This document shows positions 16,152-24,304 of a DNA stretch of 32,000 bases, piece by piece. The notes beneath the pieces were generated by a model. The model did not search any database, was not told the origin of the DNA, and saw only the letters and a program-made list of their open reading frames with translations. A program made the translations under genes and the position numbers. Origin of the DNA: Rhodobacter capsulatus SB 1003 (GTDB lineage Bacteria; Pseudomonadota; Alphaproteobacteria; Rhodobacterales; Rhodobacteraceae); the NCBI RefSeq assembly GCF_000021865.1, contig NC_014034.1:210001-242000 (forward strand), written 5' to 3'. Each line of letters starts with the position of its first letter. Positions within the stretch are counted from its first letter, which is position 1.

Positions 16152-18002
16152 ATGACTGACGCCTTCCTTCCTGCCGAGGGCCCGCCGCCCTCGCGACTGA
16201 TCCCGTTTCTGCGCTGGTGCATCAACGGCGCCTGGCCCGCCGTGTGGATTGCCGGGGCCGCCTCGGCGCTGGCGGGCTCGATGGAGGTGGGGGCGGCCTG
16301 GCTTCTGGGCCTGGTCATCGACTCTGTCGTCGGCGCCGATCCCGCGACCCATGCCGGGCAGCATCTGTGGCTGCTTCTGGCCTTTGTCGTCTTTTATCTG
16401 CTGATCCGGCCCGGGGCCTTTGGCCTCTCGACCTGGACGATGAACATGCTGGTGGCGCCGAATGTGATGCCGCAGGTGCTGTCGCGGCTGCACCGCTGGA
16501 CCATGGGCCATTCGGTCACCTTCTTCGACAACGACTTCGCCGGCCGCATCGCGCAAAAGCAGATGCAGACCGCCCGCGCCGTCACCGATGTCATCGCCGA
16601 AGTCATCGGCACGGTATTCTTCGCGCTGGCCTCGATCATCGGCTCGGTGGTGCTTTTGGCCGGAATAGACACCTGGGGGGCGCTGGCGCTGGCGCTGTGG
16701 CTGGTGTTCTACCTGCTTCTGATCCGGGCCTTCCTGCCGCATGTGCGGGGGCGGTCCAAGGCGCGGGCGTCCGCCCGGGCGATGGTGACGGGGCAGGTCG
16801 TCGACACGATCACCAACATCAAGACGGTGAAGCTTTTCGCCCATGACGATCACGAAGACCGCGTCGCCCTGGGCGCGATGGAAGGCTATCGCAGCGCCAC
16901 GAAACGGTTCGGCGTCACCACCACCTGGTATCGGCTGAGCCAGATCACCTTTTCGGGCCTGTTGCCGATCCTTCTGGTCGGCGGCGCGATGCTGATGTGG
17001 CGCAAGGGCGCCGCGACGCCGGGCGACATCGCCGCCGCGGGGGCCGTTGCCATGCGCATCGCGCAGATGTCGGGCTGGGTGTCGCAATCGCTGATGGCGC
17101 TCTGGTCGAACATCGGCGAGGTCGAGGACGGCATGCGCACCCTGACCCCCGCCCATGCGATCACCGATGCCGAAGGCGCGCAGGTGCTGGGCCGGGTGCA
17201 GGGCGAGGTCCGCTTCGATCAGGTCAGCTTCGCCTATGGCCGCGAAAAGGGCGGCATCGACGGCGTGGATCTGACGATCAAACCGGGGGAACGCATCGGC
17301 ATCGTCGGCGCCTCGGGGGCGGGGAAATCGACCCTCGTGGCGCTGCTTTTGCGGCTTTACGACACCGAAAAGGGCCGGGTGATGATCGACGGCACCGACC
17401 TGCGCGATGTCACGCAGGAAAGCCTGCGCCGCAATATCGGGATGGTCACGCAGGAAACCGCGATGTTCAACCGCTCCGCGCGGGAGAACATTCTTTACGG
17501 TCGCCCCGATGCCACGGAGGAGGAGATGATCGCCGCCGCAAAGGCCGCCGAGGCGCATGACTTCATCCTCGGGCTGGTCGATCACACCGGCAAGACCGGC
17601 TACGAGGCGGCCCTGGGCGAACGCGGGGTCAAGCTTTCGGGCGGGCAGCGGCAGCGCATCGCGCTGGCGCGGGCGTTTCTGAAGAACGCCCCCATCCTGG
17701 TGCTGGACGAGGCGACCTCGGCCTTGGACAGCGAGGTCGAGGCGGCGATTCAGAAGGCGCTTGGCCGGGTGATGGAGGGCAAGACCGTGCTGGCCATCGC
17801 GCATCGGCTGTCCACGATCGCGGAAATGGACCGCATCGTCGTGCTGGATCAGGGCCGGATCGTCGAAGAGGGCAGCCATGCCGAGCTTCTGGCGCAGAAC
17901 GGGCTTTATGCGCGCTACTGGAACCGGCAGTCGGGCGGCTTCCTTGGCACCGAGGAGGAAGAGGCCGAAGAGCCGCTTCCGGGGATCGAGGCCGCGCAAT
18001 AG
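16152..18002 (+). CDS. ABC exporter, fused permease/ATP-binding protein (substrate unknown)
   Basis: Track ORF. N-terminal six-TM domain. Walker A GASGAGKST, signature LSGGQRQR, Walker B ILVLDEATS. Confidence 0.9.
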   Translation: MTDAFLPAEGPPPSRLIPFLRWCINGAWPAVWIAGAASALAGSMEVGAAWLLGLVIDSVVGADPATHAGQHLWLLLAFVVFYLLIRPGAFGLSTWTMNMLVAPNVMPQVLSRLHRWTMGHSVTFFDNDFAGRIAQKQMQTARAVTDVIAEVIGTVFFALASIIGSVVLLAGIDTWGALALALWLVFYLLLIRAFLPHVRGRSKARASARAMVTGQVVDTITNIKTVKLFAHDDHEDRVALGAMEGYRSATKRFGVTTTWYRLSQITFSGLLPILLVGGAMLMWRKGAATPGDIAAAGAVAMRIAQMSGWVSQSLMALWSNIGEVEDGMRTLTPAHAITDAEGAQVLGRVQGEVRFDQVSFAYGREKGGIDGVDLTIKPGERIGIVGASGAGKSTLVALLLRLYDTEKGRVMIDGTDLRDVTQESLRRNIGMVTQETAMFNRSARENILYGRPDATEEEMIAAAKAAEAHDFILGLVDHTGKTGYEAALGERGVKLSGGQRQRIALARAFLKNAPILVLDEATSALDSEVEAAIQKALGRVMEGKTVLAIAHRLSTIAEMDRIVVLDQGRIVEEGSHAELLAQNGLYARYWNRQSGGFLGTEEEEAEEPLPGIEAAQ

Positions 18003-18052
18003 GCTTGGCGGGCGCGGTCCCATCGGCTAAGCGGGCGCAAAGGAGCCCGCCC

Positions 18053-19276
18053 ATGCCATTCACCATCGATCGTCTGTCCCTGCTTGCCGATGGCGTCGCC
18101 CATGGGCCTGAGGGCACCGTGCATGTGGCGATGGCGCTGCCGGGCGAGCTGGTCGAGGGGACGGTCGAAAATGGCCGCATCGCGGCGCCGTCGATCGTCA
18201 CCCCCTCGCCCGACCGGGTGAAGGCGCCTTGCCCGCACTACCGCGCCTGTGGCGGCTGTCTGTTGCAGCATGCCTCGGACGCCTTCGTCGCGGGCTGGAA
18301 GGCGCAGGTGGTGGAAACCGCTTTGGCCGGGCGGGGGATTGCCGCGCGCGTTGCCCGGGTCGAAACCTCGCCCGAGTTTTCGCGCCGCCGCGCGACCTTT
18401 TCCGGGCGGCGGACGAAGAAAGGCACCTTGGTCGGCTTTCACGCCCGCGCCTCGGATACGGTGGTCGAGGTGCCGCAATGCCGGATCCTGCGGCCGGAAC
18501 TTCTGGCCGTGCTGCCCGCGCTCAATGCGATGACGGCGGCGGGGGCCTCGCGCAAGGGCGAGGTCGCCTTTGCGGTGACGCTGTCGGAAGCCGGGCTGGA
18601 AATCGCGGCCAGGGGCGGCAAGGAGATGGACCCCGCGCTGTTTCAGACCCTTGCCGGGCTGGCCGAGGCGCATGATTTCGCCCGGCTGAGCTGGGAGGCC
18701 GAGACCGTCGCCGCCCGCCGTCCGGCGCTGCAGAGCTTTGGCGCCGCCCGGGTCAATCCGCCGCCCGGGGCGTTCTTGCAGGCCACCGCCGCGGGCGAGG
18801 CGGCGCTGGTCGATTTCGTGCGCAAAGCCACCGAGGGCGCGGCGCGGATCGCCGATCTGTTTGCCGGTTGCGGCACCTTTGCGCTGCCGCTGGCTGCGAC
18901 GGCCGAGGTCCATGCCGTCGAAAGCGAGGCGGCGATGCTGGCCGCGCTCGACTGGGGCTGGCGGCAGGCGCAGGGCCTCAAGCGTCTGACCCACGAGGCC
19001 CGCGATCTGTTCCGCCGCCCGCTGCTTCCCGACGAGATCGACCGTTTCGACGCCGTGGTGATCGATCCGCCGCGGGCGGGCGCCGAGGCGCAGGTGGCCG
19101 AGATCGCGGCGTCAAGCCTGCGCGACCTGACCTATGTGTCCTGCAATCCGGTGACCTTCGCCCGCGATGCCGAGCGGCTGGTGCAGGCGGGCTTTGCGCT
19201 GGCTGACGTGATCGTGGTCGATCAGTTCCGCTACTCCGCGCATATCGAGCTTGCGGCACGCTTCCGGCGGACGTAA
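18053..19276 (+). CDS. Class I SAM-dependent RNA (uracil-5) methyltransferase, RumA/TrmA family
   Basis: ATG at 18053 with AAGGAG 8 nt upstream, inside track ORF 18005-19276. Cys cluster CPHYRACGGCLLQH, SAM motif DLFAGCGTFALP, catalytic region YVSCNP. Confidence 0.8.
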   Translation: MPFTIDRLSLLADGVAHGPEGTVHVAMALPGELVEGTVENGRIAAPSIVTPSPDRVKAPCPHYRACGGCLLQHASDAFVAGWKAQVVETALAGRGIAARVARVETSPEFSRRRATFSGRRTKKGTLVGFHARASDTVVEVPQCRILRPELLAVLPALNAMTAAGASRKGEVAFAVTLSEAGLEIAARGGKEMDPALFQTLAGLAEAHDFARLSWEAETVAARRPALQSFGAARVNPPPGAFLQATAAGEAALVDFVRKATEGAARIADLFAGCGTFALPLAATAEVHAVESEAAMLAALDWGWRQAQGLKRLTHEARDLFRRPLLPDEIDRFDAVVIDPPRAGAEAQVAEIAASSLRDLTYVSCNPVTFARDAERLVQAGFALADVIVVDQFRYSAHIELAARFRRT

Positions 19277-19354
19277 GGGCTTCGCGCCCGCCCTGCTTTC
19301 CGCTAGGATGGGCGCAACGATAACACCAGACTACCGGCAGCACACAGGCACGTC

Positions 19355-19858
19355 ATGCACCGTCGCACGCTTCTTCTGGGGCTTTCCAGCCTCACCCTTC
19401 TGGCCGCTTGCGGCGGCGATTCCGCGAAATTCCGCAACTATTCCGGGCCCCGGGTCACGCAGATCCAGGTGTTCAAGCGCAAACGGAAGATGTTCCTGTT
19501 TGTCGGCGACGATGTGGTGCGCAAATACAAGATCGCGCTGGGCGGCAATCCGGTCGGCAAGAAGCGCTTCGAGGGCGATGGCAAGACCCCCGAGGGGCTT
19601 TACCACATCTCGATGCACAATCCGAATTCGGCCTATCACCTGTCGCTGCGGGTGTCCTATCCGAACGAGGCGGACACGGCCTATGCCGAGGCGCATGGCC
19701 GCAAGCCGGGCGGCGACATCATGATCCACGGGCAGGGGCGGAAATACCGCGGCACCCGCGGCGACTGGACGGCGGGCTGCATCGCGGTCAAGGATGACGA
19801 GATCGAGGAAATCTTCGCGATGGTGCCGAATGGCACGCCGATCTTCATCTTCCCCTGA
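19355..19858 (+). CDS. L,D-transpeptidase (YkuD) catalytic-domain lipoprotein
   Basis: Track ORF. Lipoprotein signal LTLLAAC. His...Cys catalytic stretch IMIHGQG...DWTAGCIAV. Confidence 0.75.
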   Translation: MHRRTLLLGLSSLTLLAACGGDSAKFRNYSGPRVTQIQVFKRKRKMFLFVGDDVVRKYKIALGGNPVGKKRFEGDGKTPEGLYHISMHNPNSAYHLSLRVSYPNEADTAYAEAHGRKPGGDIMIHGQGRKYRGTRGDWTAGCIAVKDDEIEEIFAMVPNGTPIFIFP

Positions 19859-19876
19859 TCCGGCCCCCGGACAGGC

Positions 19877-19901
19877 AAAAGGCCCCCGCGGGGGCCTTTT
19901 T
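19877..19901. terminator. Bidirectional Rho-independent terminator
   Basis: AAAA-GGCCCCCG/CGGGGGCC-TTTTT, a perfect 16-nt GC palindrome flanked by A and T runs, between convergent genes ending at 19858 and 19922. Confidence 0.85.
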
Positions 19902-19921
19902 CGTGTCGGCTGATGCCGGAA

Positions 19922-20431
19922 TTACTGGCCGGTGACCATCGTCCACCAGATCTTGCCCGAGGGCTCCTGATACCAGGAAAAGCCCATCTGCGTTGCCGCC
20001 GGGTTCAGGATCACGTCGCGGGTGTCGGCAAGACCCATCCAGGCCGAGAGGGTTTCGGTCTCGGTCTCGTAGGTCTCGGAGATGTTCTCGCCGAGGAACT
20101 GGCCCATGAAGCCCGCGCGCTGCACGCGCTGCAGCGGCGAGGACCCGTCCGACCCCCAGTGCCAGGGCCGGTTCTGATCGGCCATGTCGCGAGAATGCCG
20201 TTCGGCGGCGGCGGTCAGCGCCGGGTTCAGCGCCACCGGCGCGGTGCCGCGGGCGGCGCGCAGCGTGTTCACGGCCTCGACCACCCGCACCGGGATCTCC
20301 TTCGCATCGCCCTTGGTGATGCGATACATCTTCGGCAGCGGCTTGCCATCGGGCCCGATCTGCTCCCCGGAGGTGGTGCAGGCTGCCAGGGCAAGGCTGG
20401 CCGAAACAAGCAGGATGGTGGCGCGGATCAT
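19922..20431 (-). CDS. CAP/SCP (PR-1-like) domain lipoprotein
   Basis: Track ORF. Lipobox LALAAC. CAP-like stretches NPALTAAAERHSRDMA and HWGSDGSSPLQRVQRAGF...GENIS. Confidence 0.75.
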   Translation of the reverse strand: MIRATILLVSASLALAACTTSGEQIGPDGKPLPKMYRITKGDAKEIPVRVVEAVNTLRAARGTAPVALNPALTAAAERHSRDMADQNRPWHWGSDGSSPLQRVQRAGFMGQFLGENISETYETETETLSAWMGLADTRDVILNPAATQMGFSWYQEPSGKIWWTMVTGQ

Positions 20432-20496
20432 GGTTTCCCCTCGGATTTGAGCGGTCCCTTACACCGGCCCGCGCGGCGGCGCAAACCCACAGTTGC

Positions 20497-20515
20497 GTGA
20501 AACGTCACAATGACG
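20497..20515. promoter_or_regulatory. Overlapping short palindromes in the divergent CAP / L,D-transpeptidase promoter region
   Basis: GTGA-AACG-TCAC (20497-20508) overlaps CGTCA-CAA-TGACG (20503-20515). A candidate operator only. Confidence 0.3.
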
Positions 20516-20591
20516 CCGGTTTGATTTGCACCTGCGGCGCGGCAGCATTAAGGAAGCGCCCTGAATCGTTTACGCCCACGGAGTTCACCCC

Positions 20592-21203
20592 ATGTCGGAT
20601 GCGCGCAAGATGCTCGATCGCCGTTCCTTCCTCGGCACCGCCGCATTTGCCGGGGCCTCGCTGGCCGCGCCTGCGGTGCTTGCCCAGGCCCTGCCCGATA
20701 CCGGCCTCGAGCAACGCGAGGAAACCGCAAACACCAACATGCGGCGCAACATCTCGAGCTTCCGCGAACTTGACTGGAAGCCCTATTTCTCGAACACGAA
20801 GAACGGCATCATCCTGGTCGACACGATTTCGCGGGCGCTGCATTTCTGGTCCGAGGACGAGTCGATCTACAAGCTTTACCCGACCTCGGTGCCGGTGTCG
20901 GAAGAGCTGACCCGCCGCGGCCGCACCGAGATCATCCGCAAGGTGAAGAACCCGACCTGGTCGCCCACGCCCTCGATGAAGCAGCGCAACCCGGAATGGC
21001 CGGATTTCGTCGAAGCCGGTCCGGACAATCCGCTGGGCACGCGCGCGATGTATCTGAGCTGGCAGTATTACCGCATCCACGGCACCCACGACACCCGCAA
21101 GATCGGCCGCAAGTCGTCGAACGGCTGCATCGGCCTGTTCAACCAGCATGTCGAGGAACTGTTCGAACTGGCGCAGGTCGGCACCCAGGTCGTGCTGATC
21201 TGA
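20592..21203 (+). CDS. L,D-transpeptidase (YkuD domain) with a twin-arginine signal
   Basis: Track ORF. Tat motif DRRSFLG followed by AQA. Catalytic stretch YRIHGTHDTRKIGRKSSNGCIGL. Confidence 0.85.
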   Translation: MSDARKMLDRRSFLGTAAFAGASLAAPAVLAQALPDTGLEQREETANTNMRRNISSFRELDWKPYFSNTKNGIILVDTISRALHFWSEDESIYKLYPTSVPVSEELTRRGRTEIIRKVKNPTWSPTPSMKQRNPEWPDFVEAGPDNPLGTRAMYLSWQYYRIHGTHDTRKIGRKSSNGCIGLFNQHVEELFELAQVGTQVVLI

Positions 21204-21224
21204 GACCCGGATCCTTGGCAAGCC

Positions 21225-21249
21225 AAAGGGGGCCCGCGGCCCCCTTTTT
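21225..21249. terminator. Bidirectional Rho-independent terminator
   Basis: AAA-GGGGGCC-cgc-GGCCCCC-TTTTT between convergent genes ending at 21203 and 21274. Confidence 0.85.
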
Positions 21250-21273
21250 CATGTCCGGTCGCGGCCGGGCGGA

Positions 21274-22329
21274 TCAGTCGATCCAGCCCGCCAGATTTTC
21301 CTCGACCACTTCCAGAAGCGCGGCGATGTGCAGGTCGTCGTCGTTCAGGCAGGGCACATAGGTGAAGCTTTCGCCGCCCGCATGTTCAAACGCCTCGCGG
21401 ATCTCGCCGTTGATTTCCTCGAGCGTCTCGATGCAATCGGCGGAAAAGGCGGGGGAAATCACCGCGATGTTCTTCTTGCCCGCTTCCGCCAGCTGCACCA
21501 CATGCTCGACCGTATAGGGGCGCAGCCATTCCTCGGTGCCGAAGACGGATTGAAAGGTGGTGTCGATCGAATCCGGCCCCCAGCCCAGCCGTTCGCGCAA
21601 AAGCCGCGAGGTTTTCTGGCATTGGCAATGATAGGGGTCGCCCTCGCGGTGATAGCGTTTGGGCATGCCGTGATAAGAGGCCACCAGCACGTCGGGCCGG
21701 GTGTCGAGCGTCGCATAGACCCGCTCGACCGAGCTGGCCAGCGCCTCGATATAGCTCGGCCTGGCGAAATATTCCGGCACGGTGCGGGCGGCGGGCTGGC
21801 GTTTCACCTGCATCAGCGCGCGGAAGAACTGGTCGTTCGCCGTGGCCGAGGTGGCGCCCGCATATTGCGGATAAAGCGGCAGGAACAGGATGCGTTCGCA
21901 GCCCTGCGCCAGCATGTCATCGAGCACGTCACGGGTGGAGGGGTTGCCGTAGCGCATGCAGAAATCGACCACCACATTGCCCGCGCCATAGCGGGTCTCG
22001 ACCGCGGCGCGCAGCTTGCGCACCTGATCGCGGGTGATCGTCATCAAGGGGCTTTCGTCGCGCTCCTCGTTCCAGATCGAGCGATAGTTGTTGCCCGAGG
22101 TGAAGGGCCGCTTCGACAGGATGATCAGCTGCAACAGCGGCTGCCATTTCCAGATCGGATAGTCGATCACCCGCCGGTCGGACAGGAATTCGTTCAGATA
22201 GCGGCGCATCGACCAGTAGTCGGTGGCGTCGGGCGTGCCGAGATTGGCCAAAAGCACGCCGACACGCGGCACCGGCACCGGCGGATGGTCGGCGGGGGCG
22301 TGCGGAAGGATGCGGTTGGCAATCGTCAT
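21274..22329 (-). CDS. hemH: Ferrochelatase
   Basis: Track ORF. VGVLLANLGTPD near the N-terminus, the length (351 aa) and overall sequence are typical of HemH. Confidence 0.92.
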   Translation of the reverse strand: MTIANRILPHAPADHPPVPVPRVGVLLANLGTPDATDYWSMRRYLNEFLSDRRVIDYPIWKWQPLLQLIILSKRPFTSGNNYRSIWNEERDESPLMTITRDQVRKLRAAVETRYGAGNVVVDFCMRYGNPSTRDVLDDMLAQGCERILFLPLYPQYAGATSATANDQFFRALMQVKRQPAARTVPEYFARPSYIEALASSVERVYATLDTRPDVLVASYHGMPKRYHREGDPYHCQCQKTSRLLRERLGWGPDSIDTTFQSVFGTEEWLRPYTVEHVVQLAEAGKKNIAVISPAFSADCIETLEEINGEIREAFEHAGGESFTYVPCLNDDDLHIAALLEVVEENLAGWID

Positions 22330-22364
22330 GACGTGTCCTGATGGCTGTCCGGTCCCGGAGGTAT

Positions 22365-22417
22365 AGCTTTTTCATTTGGGGTCAATGAAAAGCTGAACAA
22401 TATCCTTGCGCAAGGAT
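22365..22417. promoter_or_regulatory. Hairpin plus a perfect 16-bp palindrome upstream of hemH
   Basis: AGCTTTTTCATT-tggggtc-AATGAAAAGCT (22365-22394) and ATCCTTGCGCAAGGAT (22402-22417). The latter overlaps the direct repeat TTGCGC-AAGGA-TTGCGC (22406-22422). Confidence 0.45.
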
Positions 22418-22426
22418 TGCGCGCCC

Positions 22427-23242
22427 TTACCCCTGCGGCGTTTTGCCCAGAATTTCGGTCAAGGAACAGGCGGCCGAGCCCGGGCGCAGCGGTTTTTGCT
22501 GGCTTTCATGCGGTTTCCAGCCGGTCAGCCAGACCATGTCGAAACTGGCCCGCACGCGGCCCTCGGTGTCGGGGAAATGTTCTGCGTAACGCGCCAGCGC
22601 CTGCATCAGCACCGCGCGCGGGGTGAAACTGCGCCGCCGCGCGCTCAGCGCATTCGTCTCGCCCATCGCCCGCAGATCGCGCAACAGCCGCAGCGGATCG
22701 CCATAGCTGACCCGGCGCAGCACGCTGTCGGCCACCGGCAGCGCCAGCCCCGCGCGTTGCAACAGCGCCCCCAGATCGCGGATCTCGCCCATCGGCAGCA
22801 CGCGCGGCGACAGACCGCCGGTCAGCGCCACCTCGGCCTCGGCCAGAACCGCGCGCAGCTCCGACAGGGTCTGGCCGCCGAACAGCACGGCGATGAACAG
22901 CCCGTCCGGCCGCAGCGCCCGGGCGCATTGCACGATCTGCCCCACCGGATCCTCGGCCCAGTGCAGGCACATCGCATGCACCACCAGATCATGCGCCCCG
23001 GGCGCCAGATCAAGCAGGTCGTCATCCGCCACGACTTTCGCCCCGGGCAGGATTTCCGCCCAGGGTTGTGAAAAATGCGTCACTACAGCCGGAGATGTAA
23101 AGGTTCTGTTAACCTCGTTCAGTCTCTCCTGCAGTTCGACGGCGGCGTCGTCGTGCAGGAACAGCTCGGGCCCGAGGGTTCGGGCGCGGGCACGGTGGCG
23201 CAAAAGGGCGGTGCGGTCGGTCAGGCGAGGGTCTTGGGTCAT
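22427..23242 (-). CDS. SAM-dependent methyltransferase-fold protein (Methyltransf_11-like), specificity unknown
   Basis: In-frame ATG at 23242 within track ORF 22427-23938 (MTQDPRLTDRTALL...). The methyltransferase-like core is DLVVHAMCLHWAEDPVGQIVQCARALRPDGLFIAVLFG. The glycine-rich motif I appears degenerate. Confidence 0.6.
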   Translation of the reverse strand: MTQDPRLTDRTALLRHRARARTLGPELFLHDDAAVELQERLNEVNRTFTSPAVVTHFSQPWAEILPGAKVVADDDLLDLAPGAHDLVVHAMCLHWAEDPVGQIVQCARALRPDGLFIAVLFGGQTLSELRAVLAEAEVALTGGLSPRVLPMGEIRDLGALLQRAGLALPVADSVLRRVSYGDPLRLLRDLRAMGETNALSARRRSFTPRAVLMQALARYAEHFPDTEGRVRASFDMVWLTGWKPHESQQKPLRPGSAACSLTEILGKTPQG

Positions 23243-23276
23243 GGTCAGGGTGAAAGATAGGGCGGTTCGCCCGCAG

Positions 23277-24014
23277 ATGCCAGACGCGCTGCGCGCGGCC
23301 TTGCGGGTGGCGTTGCACACGGTATTTCCGCCGCGCTGCATCTGTTGCGGGGCGGCGGTCGGCTCGGATGACGGGCTGTGCCCGGCTTGCTGGCGCGAGA
23401 TGTCGTTTCTTGCCGGCACCGTCTGCGATTGCTGCGGCACGCCCCTGCCGGGCGAGGATGCCGGGCCGGTGCTTTGCGACGACTGCCTGACCCGACCGCG
23501 GCCCTGGGGGCGGGGGCGGGCGGCCTTTCTGTACGACGGGACCGGGCGGAAACTGGTGCTGCAGCTGAAACACGCCGACCGGCTGGATCTGGTGCCGCCG
23601 CTTGCCGCGATGCTGGCGCGGGCGGTGCAGCCGATCCTGCGGCCGAAGATGCTGGTGGCGCCGGTGCCGCTGCATCGGCTGCGGCTGTTGCGGCGCAAGT
23701 TCAACCAATCGGCGATGCTGGCGCAGGCCCTCGCGCGCGAGGGCGGGCTGGCCTGCCTGCCCGATCTGTTCCTGCGCACCCGGGCCACGGCGGCAATGGA
23801 GGGGATGACCCGCGCCGAACGGCGGAGCAATCTGGACGGCGCCATCGCGGTCAATCCGAAATATCGGGACCGGATCAGGGGCAGGCAGCTGCTGGTGATC
23901 GACGACGTGCTGACCTCGGGGGCGACGCTGGAAGCCACGGCCGCGGCGGCTTTGGCGGCCGGCGCCGCGGGGGTTTCGGTCGCGGTTCTGGCCCGCGTTG
24001 CGCGCGACGGCTGA
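23277..24014 (+). CDS. comF: ComF-family protein (double zinc-ribbon plus phosphoribosyltransferase domain)
   Basis: Inside track ORF 22893-24014. The ATG at 23277 (MPDALRAAL...) is preferred. An alternative ATG at 23241 would overlap the divergent gene's start codon. Cys pairs PPRCICCG...CPAC...CDCCG...CDDC. PRTase motif LLVIDDVLTSGAT. Confidence 0.8.
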   Translation: MPDALRAALRVALHTVFPPRCICCGAAVGSDDGLCPACWREMSFLAGTVCDCCGTPLPGEDAGPVLCDDCLTRPRPWGRGRAAFLYDGTGRKLVLQLKHADRLDLVPPLAAMLARAVQPILRPKMLVAPVPLHRLRLLRRKFNQSAMLAQALAREGGLACLPDLFLRTRATAAMEGMTRAERRSNLDGAIAVNPKYRDRIRGRQLLVIDDVLTSGATLEATAAAALAAGAAGVSVAVLARVARDG

Positions 24015-24046
24015 ACCCCTTACGTTGGGGACAACAAGGAGCCCCC

Positions 24047-24304
24047 ATGAAACGCGTCGAAATCTACACCACCCGCACCTGTCCCTATTGCCTCGCCGCC
24101 AAGGAGCTGCTGACCACCAAGGGCGTCGCCTTCGAGGAAACCGATGTCGGCGCCGATCCGGCCTTGCGGGCGGCGATGCGCGACCGGGCGAACGGCCGCC
24201 ATACCGTGCCGCAGATCTTCATCGGCGGCGTGCATGTCGGCGGCTGCGATGACATCCATGCGCTGGATGCCGCGGGCAAGCTTGATCCGATGCTGGCAGA
24301 GTGA
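24047..24304 (+). CDS. grxC: Glutaredoxin 3
   Basis: In-frame ATG inside track ORF 23378-24304 (MKRVEIYTTRTCPYC...), with AAGGAG upstream. CPYC active site, TVPQIFI, GGCDD. 85 aa. Confidence 0.92.
   Translation: MKRVEIYTTRTCPYCLAAKELLTTKGVAFEETDVGADPALRAAMRDRANGRHTVPQIFIGGVHVGGCDDIHALDAAGKLDPMLAE

Noticed and set aside
16125-18023. 632-aa minus-strand ORF opposite the ABC exporter
   Set aside because: The plus-strand frame has the Walker A, signature and Walker B motifs and TM helices. The minus-strand product is Arg/Pro/Gly-rich with no motifs.
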